From positions 23,498,001-23,562,000 of the forward strand of contig NC_042997.1 of NCBI RefSeq assembly GCF_006345805.1: a DNA stretch of 64,000 bases. Reading direction: 5' to 3'. The notes beneath the pieces are model-generated. The model was given only the letters and a program-made list of their open reading frames with translations, was not told the origin of the DNA and searched no databases. A program made the position numbers and the translations under genes. Source of the DNA: Octopus sinensis. Taxonomy: Eukaryota. This document shows positions 51,401 through 63,400 of the stretch, one piece after another; position 1 is the first letter of the stretch; each line of letters begins with the position of its first letter.

Positions 51401-54400
51401 CCACTGGTCTTCAAAACTGCAGAGTGATTGGTCATAATCTCAATGAAGCATGTAAACATCATCAACTATTTCACTTGAGCAAAACCATGAACTGTCAGCA
51501 TTCACTCACCTCACACACACATCACATATACGACAGGCTTCCAACAGTTTTCATCTCCCAAATTTACTCATCAAGTGTCAAGTTAGGGCTATAGCAGAAG
51601 ACATTTGCCTTAGGTACAGCACAATGGGATTTTGGTGAGTGAACAGATGTGAGTCCCTTTAGTTGTGTCATGGACATGACTACTTCTGTAGTGCTGGTGC
51701 CATGAAAAGAATACACCTAGTACACTCTATAAGTGTTAAGTTAAGAGGAACCTTTAAACTTGTCAAGAACATGACACCTCCAAGGATGGCACCATGAAAA
51801 AAGCACCCAGTACACTGCATAAAGTGGTTGGCATTAGAAAGGACATCCAGCCATCAAAGCCAAACCAAAAATGAAACTCACAAGCAACAGGCAGTCCTTC
51901 AATCCATCTAGAGAATATGTACTGAGTGAAAACAAAAAGTGGACGCAAAAGTGATAACAATACAGACACACACCATACATGATGTACGATTAATATTCAT
52001 TCAGAGCGAAGTGCTGATTCACTCCACATTTACACAGTCCAGTAACATACTGCTTAAATGAATGCACAAGGTGCAATCCTCAACTGAGGTGTGAATTTGT
52101 AATTGGAGTACAAATAGTGTGTCAAACCAATAAATATTAGCTGCAATATCTGACATGAGATTTCTAAACAGATGCTGTTTTGTCTTTACAGTGAAATACT
52201 GTGGTGGTAAACATATTACAACTCCAAAAGGAATGTTAATAATCAAATAATCCAGTAATTACAGATTAATTAGTTGAAGTAAATAGCTAGCATTGTGATA
52301 TTTCATCTACTTGGTTGCTTGGCTTCATACCTTCACTCTCTTCCACATATACAGTAAGTAATTTAGCCAAAATTTCATATCCCAAAAATACCTAACTAAA
52401 TTTTCATACACACACACACTCAAAGAGAATGTGCAAAACTGGAAAGAATTTGTGGTGAACATGCTCCACTGGGCATGTACAGGGGTTGGACAAAATAATG
52501 GAAACATCTGGCAGTGTTTCATCCAGCTGTAGAAACACTGCCAGATCTGACTGGCCTGGTGTAGCCTTCGGGCTTGCCAGACCCCAGTTGAACCGTCCAA
52601 CCCATGCTAGCATGGAAAGCGGACGTTAAACGATGATGATGATCTTAAAATTTCCAACAAATTTATTTTAATATGGGGTAGGACTGCCTTTGGCAATAAT
52701 TACAGCTTGAATTCTATGAGGTATGGACACGTACAAAGTTTGAATTGTTTCCAAAGGAATTTTTGCCCATTCTTCAGCTAAAACAATCTCCATTTCTTGT
52801 AGTGATGATGGGAGGATATTGACTCCTTACTTGTTATTTGTAAAATGCACCATAAAGATGTTTAACTTCACTTGAATGTTCCTCATGCCATTCAGTAACA
52901 ACTTTAGCTGTGTGTATTGGTGCATTATCATCCTGATTGATTGCGTTTCCCTCCAGAAACAGTTCTGCAATCATAGGATGAATTTGATCAGATAAATGCT
53001 TAATGCCATGAATGGAAACCATTGGGCTGGCAGATTTCCAAGATATAACCCCCCACCCCACCCCCACGCATCATCACAGTTGAAGAAAGCAGTCTGGGTC
53101 AAATGCTTCTTTTGGTTGTCTCCACACATATACTTGGCCGGTGGTCAGAGATAATGTAAAGGATGACTCGTCCGAGAAAATAACATTCTTCCACTGCTCT
53201 AGGGACCAATTCTGTAGGTTTTTACTCCACTCTAAACGTTTTGCAATGTTTGTTTTTGGAAGTAGTGGTTTCCTGATAGCAGCACTCTCGTAAAATACAG
53301 CTTCGTGCTTAATGACTCGAGGTAGTCACTAAGCTCTGCAGTAATTTTGGGAGCTGTATGTTTGTGATTCTTTCTAACAATTTGCATAAGAATCCAATAG
53401 TCCCTATCTGAAAGTTTTGGTTTTCTTCTGGAGTTTTGTTTCAACGAGGAGGTTTTTTCCCTCTTTCTCAAAGGCTGTCATTACTTTCAAGACAGTACTT
53501 CTTGATACACCAAACATTTCAGCTGTTTTCATTATGCTAATGCCTGTCATACAAGCACCAACAATTTGACCTCTTTGAAAATGCAATAGATCTGTCATTT
53601 TAATGAATTTTAATGACCTTTTTCTGATGATATCTGAAAAGAAACAGCAATTATAGCAAAACTAATAATAAATCAAAAAACATAAAAAGAAACAAGCTTT
53701 TGACAGTTTTATAAATATTTCCAAATTACGATGCTATGTGTTTGCATTATTTTGTCCAACCCCTGTATGTTAGAATGAATGAATAGTGGATGACAAATAA
53801 GCCAAGAAAAAGAACAGGTACAAGTGGAATCAGATGAAGTATACAAGAGAAAGGATTATGCTGAAACAGACATGTGATGCAGCATATGAAGGGAGAGCCA
53901 AGTAAAGAACTGCAAGAAGATTCAAGTGTGGAAGAGGAAGACTGATGAGAGATATGTAAAGATATGGTGAAGAGTAACTTCAATATGCTGAACCTTATGA
54001 AGAAAATGACAAACGACTGCAACAACTGTGTGGGGAAACAACAAATAAAAGTTAGTCAAGAATATAGAGGACGGGGGAGGAGGAGGAGAAAGGAGAAAAA
54101 TATCATCATCATCATCATTTCATGTCCGTTGTCCATGCTGGCATGGGTTAGATGATTTGACCAAAGCTGGCAAGTTGGAAGGCTGCACAGACTCCAGTTT
54201 GATTTAGCATAATTTCTATGGCTGGATGCCCTTCTTAACACCAACCATTCCAAGAGTGTAATGGATGCTTTTATGTGCCACCAGCACAGATGCCTTTTGC
54301 TTGGCAGCAGTATCTGCAATGACTGTGGTTTTACCTGGCTTGATGGGTCTTTTTCTCAAGCATAATGCCAAACATCTCAGTCATTTGTCATTGTCTCCAT

Positions 54401-57400
54401 GAGGCCCAACACTCGAAAGATTTTTATGTGCCATTTTGCCTCTGCGAGGTTCAACACTCAAAGGGTGCTTTTTACATGCCACCAGCATGGGTGCCAGTTA
54501 CGTGACACCAGCATCAGCCACAACTATAATTTCACTTGGCTTGACGGATCTTCTCAAGCACAGCATATTGCCAAAGGTCAAAAAATAATATCTGAAAAAT
54601 TGCAAATTTCTATTAAAAAGAAAAAAAAAAAAACATACTTTTCTCAGTTTAAGAAGTATATTGTCAACAGCAGAGTGGGTAAAACTGGCCACTAATATTG
54701 AAACACCACTAGCAACTAGCATCTGAATGAGGGCAACTATAGTGGAGGTTTTTCCTGAAATTGAAAAAGAAAGCAAATGTTAGAGTTTAATCTGAAGAAA
54801 TATCCAAACAAAGGTGGGATTACAGACACAGAAACATTGAAGATCTGTCTACTTACCAGTCCCTGGATAACCACGGATAAGGACATAGTCTTCACTCATG
54901 AAAACCTAGAAAATATGATAAATTTCCATTAGAGCAGATGATTCATCAGCGATGAAGCTGATTAATCAGCTGTAGAAGATGATATTTAGCTAAGCTAGAA
55001 TTACAGTGACAAGCTTTGAAATGTTAAAACTGTTAGTTCAAAGAGCAGTCTATATGAATCCTACCACAAGAATTAAGTTGTACTTTAGATCTAGGTCAGC
55101 CCTGATAAAGCAGGCCTATGATCCAACCTCAATCATTTCAAGTTATTTTCAATCAATTTTACCTATGGTCTCATACATAAGCTTGTGGATTTCATTTCCA
55201 ATGTGAGGAACAAGATGTACTCTTAGTCAAGGCACTTTAATCCATGCTGCTCCAGTCAACCCAGCTAGTAAACTAAGTATTAAGACTGACAGAGCACCAG
55301 GTCATCATCAAATAGTGAAGCACTACATCTTTATTCTTTTTTTTTTTTTTATCTACCTCAGGGTCACATTGTCCAATGTATTTTTTATCCCTTTTGAAAC
55401 AATAAAATTCAGATGCAATTCGAGGGACATTTAGCTAGGTCAAAAAAACAGACTACAGGCTTCTCTGTTGGCTTGTAATGCATTCACAAGTACCATGTTA
55501 TGTTGTTCAACAAGAAACACGATCCTACTTTGACAGGGATCAAAAAGAATTGCTGTTTCACAAAAATGATACAGATGATCAAAACGTGTCTGAATAAAAC
55601 ACAAGGTAATATTCTTGTGCAAAGCTTGCTGTTGTTCTATAAACTGAAGAATATAAACAATCTATAAACAATCTAGAATTGTTTTGTCTAGTGGAATACA
55701 AATTTGTAAGTGAAAAGTCAATAGCCTTATAATAATTTGCCACTCAAAAACAGGAAGCACTTTTTCTTCATTGATATATCAGCATTAAGATTAATCAGGT
55801 TGCAAAATCTTTACACCAATAATCTATTAAAATACTTAGATTTGCAGAGACATTCCAATATAGTGGAACTTAGTGTGACAATAGTTTATTTTCAACAAAT
55901 CTCTTCAGTCAATGCTACTATGGAAAAATGGTAATTCAATCAATAATTGTTTCAAATTTTGACACCAGGCCAACAATCTTAAGGGGAGGGGGATTGTTGA
56001 TAACATCGACTCCAGTATTTGACCCTGAAATGATGACAGGCAAAGTTAACCTAGGTGAGATTTGAACTAAGAGTGTGAATAATGTTAGTAGTCCTGATGA
56101 TTGTACTGGTGGCATAATGATTACAATGTGAGCAATACTGGAAGTGATTGAGAAAACAAGCAATGAAAAGGAAGATAAAATCATAGAGATTCACCTTTAA
56201 AAGTGCCACTTTTTGAAGTTTGTTTAAAGGCTTGAAAATAGACTTAACTGAAATAAAAAAAAAAAAGAGAGAGAAATAAAAAATTTAAGCTAATAAAACA
56301 GTTGGAGAAAGAAATAAAAAAAAACTCAAGGATAATAATTATGCTCCAATTCTAAGTTTCTCTCAACTGAGTAGACATATTTCAAAAAGTTAGCATTGAA
56401 GGAAACTAAAGCTGGTCAGATAAATAGACCAAGTTTAAAACCTTTAGAAGCTCAGAATATCCAAACTATTATTCTTATACTGAACAACAAACTAGTTTCT
56501 TTTTGGTGCATACTCATTATATATCCATTTCAAATATACCTAAGCTACAGAAAATGCAGGTAAACATCATTTATCAGTAACTAGCAGCATAGTCCGGCGT
56601 TGCCCGGGTATGTAAGAGCCCCTAGTAGGCAACAGCTAATCCCAATCAGGTCCTTTCTCTCTAGGGAACGAAGACGCATGTGTAGGTTGCAATGTCTTCT
56701 CTTCACTCGAATACTTCTGTGTATACAATGTTCCTAGCTGTCCCTTTGGGCGATAAAAAGGTCGAGTTGTGTCCCCTAGACAGAAAATGTGTTGCATATA
56801 AAAAGCTTAGATTCTCGACCCCATGTTGAATTTATTGATTTTTTCAGAACTGGGGGAACTTTTCAAAATTTTCGCTGCGTCAGTTTTGAATTATGACATT
56901 GGGCTATGTGTGTGTCAAGTTTCATCAGAATCGGTTGAAAGCCGTGGTCAGGGTGAGGGTACAACCTGACAGACACACAGACAGACAAACTGCCGTTTAT
57001 ATATAGAGAGATAAATAAAACCTCACAAGTGTAGAGTATGACTTCTTTTCCTTTTAGAATCATGCATATATTCAATTGACAATTGTTACCTGCATTTATC
57101 AGATTTCAAGCTAACAAGGGAGTGTGTATATAGTTGCTTGATCTGCTAGAAATATCTGCCAAATTTTACATGACCATTTAAAAAAGAAACATTTCTAGAT
57201 ATGATATGCTTAGAAAAAAGACAAGATGGTCCAAGCTGGAAGGCTTTTGATCATAGGTTACTTGAGTAAAGTTTACTTCAGGTAAACTGACAGTAACTAG
57301 CAGATTTTTTCTTTCACTTTTTCCTAAATTTTCCATGTATCCCCTTGTGTCTCCCCTCACTGCTATTTGATTTATTTCTGTAGTACACCTACACAGTATA

Positions 57401-60400
57401 CTCATTATATATATTTCTGACTTGACTAATATATAATAAATACAACAAAACACTGCATGTCAGTTACTACAGATTAAAATGTTTTACTAACAAAACAAGA
57501 TTAAGTTATAAGACCAAATGACAATTGGTAAATAATGCTTCCTCAATACAAACAAGAACGTGGCATAGCAGCAAAACATTCCACTGAAGATTAACTGCCA
57601 GTTATCTTCATCATCATCATTGTTTAACGTCCGTTTTCCATGCTAGCATGGGTTGGACGGTTCAACTGGGGTCTGGGAAGCCAGGCCCAGTCTGATCTGG
57701 CAGTGTTTCTACAGCTGGATGCCCTTCCTAACGCCAACCACTTTGTGAGTGTAGTGGGTGCTTTTTATGTGCCACCTGCACAGGTGCCAGACGAGGCTGG
57801 CAACGGCCACAATAGGATGGTGCATTTTACGTGCTGCCGGCACGGAGGCCATACTCAACAACCAACTGTGATGATAAGCAAGTTTTCAGTCAACATACTC
57901 AGGCACTGCCATTGAGAAATGTAGAGATCTAAATCCCACTTGGCATCTTTGACTTCAACAAGGTGTTTGACAGCATACACAAACCTTCATATAGTAATGT
58001 AGCATTCTTAAAGTTGTTATTGTGGAAATCAAACATGCCAACAGAAAATATTGTGTCAAGATTGAAAACAAGTACTAGAAGCTGATTCAAATGCTGACAG
58101 AAGTACACTGAAGATGCTTTCTATCACTTGTATTTGCTCTGGCCTATGATTGGGTGCTGAAGAAAGCTACCCAAAGAAAGGACATACAACTTGCTATCCT
58201 AGAAAAAATACAAAATGAAAAGGTAAAATAAGCCTAAATAAGCTTCAATTTATTAAAAAAAAAAAAATAAATAAATGAACGGGTGCTTTCATTTTTAGTC
58301 AAGTTTTAGAAAGTGATGATTTAAAATCTTACCTTTCTGAACAGTGCTTTTTGCTAATGTTGAATGCACTCTAGGTTTTTCATGGTCAATTATCAATTGC
58401 CTTAATCTTGCACTGAAAATAAGACATGTTACTGATTAAATTATTTACTCAAGACTTACATTTTTACACAATACCATGAAAAATATATAAAGTCTATATA
58501 TATTATGAAAATAGATGTTGTGTACAGACATGTATGTGTTTAGCAATAGAAACAGTAAGAGTAAAAAACAAAAAAAAAGGAGGGTGATGGCAGAACATAT
58601 ACTGCAGAAAGAGAGACTGCTGAGAAAGATATATAAATTGTATTATGTAAACTACAGACAAGAGAAAAACTTTGATATTTTGGCATCTTTGTTACTTATT
58701 GTTTTAATGTTATACTATACTAGCAGCATAGCCCGGCGTTGCCCGGGTATGTAAGAGCCCCTAGTAGGCAACGACTAATCCCAATCTAGTCCTTTCCCTC
58801 TAGGGAACGAAGGCGCATGTGTAGGTTGCAATGTCTTCTCTTCACTCCCAAATAACTATCAAACAGCTATCGATAATTCAACCCAACCAATTCCTACCAG
58901 GAAGAAATTACATTCGAGACTTTACCCTCAACACCGATCGAGTTGCGTCCCCTAGACAGTCTGTGGTTTGTGTTTAATACACAAATCGGTTTGCTATGTG
59001 TGCCACATATGATTTAATTGACCGATTTTTTACAGTAATAAAGTATCCTATTGGAATAAAAAGGGCCATATAGCTCCTTGGAGCAGACATGATGCTCGCT
59101 GTAAATTTTTTTTTAAATTCCTGCCAATTTGTGAAAGATATTGTCGAAAATATAACATCTTGAATTTGAACGCGATTTCCCAAAATGGCATGATTTTATC
59201 GATTTTTTCTGATGGTAAGGTATTGCATGGAAAACTAACGTCAGAATTAATTTTCTTAGGGTAACATTAAGCTTCACCACGAGTTTGGTGAAAATCGATT
59301 GCAAGTTGCAAAAACTACAACAGAAAATGTGTTGCATATAAAATGCTTAGATTCTCGACCCCATGTCGAATTTATTGATTGTTTTCAGAACTGGGGGAAC
59401 TTTTCAAAATTTTCGCTGCGTTAGTTTTGAATTATGACATTGGGCTATGTGTGTGTCAAGTTTCATCAGAATCAGTTGAAAGTCATGGTCAGGGTGAGGG
59501 TACAACCTGACAGACACACAGACAGACAAACTGCCGTTTATATATAGAGAGATTATTAGGTGTTACAGTAAACAAATCTGACATCAGTATTCTACAAAAT
59601 ATCAATGTTAACAGTAATGAACAAATATATTAACAATGCCAAAAATAGCTACTGCAGTTTTACATTATATCAAACATCAATACAAAAAATAACCTTTTGT
59701 GACCTGTATCAGTGGATGAGAAAACTTTAATAAACAAAACTTCTTTACCTGTGAGCAGTATCTGCCATTAAAGTTATCAGATTATTATAGCACGTGCCCC
59801 AATTCTCCCAGTCAGAACATTTGTCAACTTTGAAAATTTCTGTATTAATATTGAGATGGTCATCAAAGCTTCTGGAATGAAAATGAAAGAAATTATGTCA
59901 TTGTGTAAATAAAAAGGATTCTGAAAATTTTAGTTAGTTTTTCTTTGTTCTGTTCTTTTGCGGTCTGGGTCAATCAGATCATATATATATATGTACTAGC
60001 AGTATCGCCCGGCATTGCTCGGGTTTGTAAAGGAAATAACTATATAAGCATTTTTAGAGAGTTACTTCCCTTATAGATGCCAATTTGGGCTTTCTTAGCC
60101 ATTTCTGTTTTGGTGTCTTCAAGCCATGAAGTCGTTGTTCTAAAAGAACGCTGGTCTCCTTGACAACGCTTTACGACGTTGATTTCCTTACACTCCCTTC
60201 CCCACAGCTTCACGAGGGAGGGAAGAAGTAACACAGGTGCAGGTGTGACCATGGACGCCAACTCCGCCGCCATCGACACACGAAAAAATATGCATTAAAA
60301 TGGAATAAAAAATGATGTTAAATTATTTTTTAAATCGTAGACTCATCGTAGACGCGCGCTAATACCCAGACGGGCTCGATATGAATCACGACTATAAGAT

Positions 60401-63400
60401 ACCCGAATTTGGTTAAACTGCACCGCAAAATGTGGGAGTAGTTAGGAATCTAAATCGAAGGGGACAGACACTCACACAACTACAGTTTTATATATATAGA
60501 TATGTCACTAGGCCACCTCTAGACCTGACGCTAACATTATAATTATAAATGTAACTAGTTCTTTCATATCTAAACTGAAGATTAATAGCTACTTTCTACT
60601 CAACAGAATAAGTTTGATAGTGGGTGTATCTTATCTTGGAGCACAATTGAATAACTTTGGCAGTAGTCAAACGAAATTTAGTTTTACTTTAAACCATTCA
60701 TGAGAAAAAACACCTAAATTGCATGGATATACCTCTTCACATTTAAACCAAAGTATTGAAATAATTTTCATCATACATTAGTGGAAACAAGATTTCACTA
60801 GATAAACATTTCCTTTACACAGTATGACATTTCTATAGCTGAATGTTGTGGTCATTGAAACTTTTTGCTTTTTTTCCAAATAATTTTTTATTTCTGTGAT
60901 GGCCTATCATCATCTCAACTTAACATGGCTTTTCCATATTCACATGTTGGATAGAATTTTACTGAGGCAGATTTTCTATGGCCAGATGCCCTTCCTATCG
61001 CCAACCCTCACCTGTTTCCTAACAAGGTAAGACTTACCTATGATTAGTCCTCAAGGAAGATTGGAATTGAAAGACACTGCTTACAAGAGTGACAAGGCAA
61101 GGAGACAGTAACACACACACATCAGACTACTTCCAGTTTCCCCTCAACCAAATTTACTCAAGACTTTGGTCAACCTGAGGGTTATAGTACAGGATACATG
61201 CCCAAGGTACCACACAGTGGGACTGAACTCAATACCATGTGGTTGGGAAGCAAACTTCTTACCACAGAGCCACAATTGTCTGTTGTGGTGCGGCTGGATG
61301 CCCTTCCTTAAACCAACCACTTTACAGAGTGTGCTGGGTGCATTTTACGTGCCAGCAGCACGGGTACATTTACATAGCACGGCCACATATGCATTTTATG
61401 TGACACCAGTGGATGACAACACTTTTACTGAAAGGTACATTCTGCTATAAGTGGATGGATCTTCTGTAGCACTACATATCACCAGTCAATACATTCCTTT
61501 GACATCTTCTTAATGAGATGTAAACATCTTCAGGTCAGCCATCACCACTTCATCTCAAATTTTCCTTGGTCTCCCTTTTTCACAAGTTCCACTAACTTGG
61601 ATTGCCTGGCACTTTTGTATACAGCCATCATCTTCCATATGCTTCACATACCCGTACTGGTACAGCCTCCTCTCTTGCATACTACATTTGATTCTTCTTG
61701 TACCCATTTTTTTTCCCTTAGTTCATTTGTACTCTGGCATACATGCACACTAACATTAAACATATACAGAGCATCCTAGTTTTATTTCTTTCTAGTCTTT
61801 GTAAATCTTCTTCATTTAAAGCCCATGCTTCAATATCATGCAGCATTGCAGTTCTAGCACAAGCATCGTACAATTATGCAGAATGTGCTCCTGAACAACA
61901 CTACATTTATTTAATGATTCTTTCATCACTATTTTGGCAAGTCTATGCTTTGCTGCAGAGATCTAATAAGATCAAAATAGATTAGATTTGTTTTCACATC
62001 TAGATATAACTAAAAATAATATTAGCCATTGACTAATATTATCTTTCTCTCATCAAATATCATCATTTTAACATCTACTTTTCCGTGGGTCAGATGGAAT
62101 TTGTTGAATCAGATTTTAACAGCCAGATGCCCTCACAGCATAATCACCGTAAATCTTCGAGTACAGTTCGCCCTTGGGTATAATATGCAGGGGATTTTTA
62201 GGGGGCTGTACCTCTGGAAAACCTAAACCTTGTGTATAATACGCACTCCTTTCTAACTTGAGTCGTGCGTAATTAAGCCAGCAGCACCTAGTCGAACAAA
62301 CACTTCCGCGCATGCGTAATACAATAACGGTAGTGTTCTTAACTGTTATATGGGAATGTAAATATATTTGCAAATTGTTTTTGTTACGTTATTCTGTGTT
62401 TTGAATATTTTTATTTTAATAAATGTTGCTTACTGCAAGTTATGGATGATTCTTTTATGACTTCATTGCTTTCAGGCTTAGCTTAAGATATTTTCGCGCC
62501 CAACATCACAAAATGCAGCTGAATAAACATTGCCAGACAGCAAATAGAGATATTGCTTAGAAAATATTTTTTAATTTTTAACCTCATATATAGTACGCAT
62601 TAGGGGTTTTGACCTTTAAATTTTGGGAAAAAAATGCGGATTATACTCTAGGATTTACAGTACTTCAAATTGTTTTTTTTATGTTCTTTGCATAAAATAT
62701 GGTAGCACTAAATTAAATACATTAGATTGTTTGCTATTATAAATAATAGAGTAAAGAATGAAGTAGCAAAATTTTAAAGAGAGCCATGACACTGACAGAA
62801 AACATAAACCAAAATGTCATCATACCTGTCACACATAACAACAAGATAATCCTCAGACATACTGTAAATGTATCCTCTACAAATAACAATCTGTTGTTTG
62901 TCTTCAACACTAATTGCAACACTGTCATGGACATTTAATCCAACTGTATTAATAGGTTCAAAAGTCTGATGTAAGCTGGAAAAAATAAAAAACAAAAAGA
63001 AAATATCCATCATAATCATTTCTTTGATAGTAACAGCAATTACACAAATTAGCTAACAATACTTTTTTATAACCTGATTCTTAGATACTGTATTGTATTT
63101 AATTCTATTTCAATCCAGATCAGTGATTTTCAAATGGTGCACAGCAAAGGAGTACCTAAGTAAACTGGGTTTTTTTTAAACTATAATATAAAGCTTTAGA
63201 AAATCCAAACTAATGCTTGAGCATCTTGATGAGTAATGAAGAAAAACCAATATTACAAACTGGAAACAAAGGAGCTAATTATGAAACCTGTAATAAAACA
63301 ACAATCTTACTTGGAATATGTGTGTCTTTTAAATGAGTTGAGAAATTTTTCTGTGTCAGGGAGTATTTGAGTGCCACAAAACTGGAGATTGCTAATACAT

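Noticed and set aside
62944-62945. Alternative acceptor (aatacag) for the DNA2 exon at 62826
   Set aside because: It would give a phase-1 start incompatible with the phase-2 upstream exon; the acceptor at 62976 has the stronger pyrimidine tract and keeps the frame.
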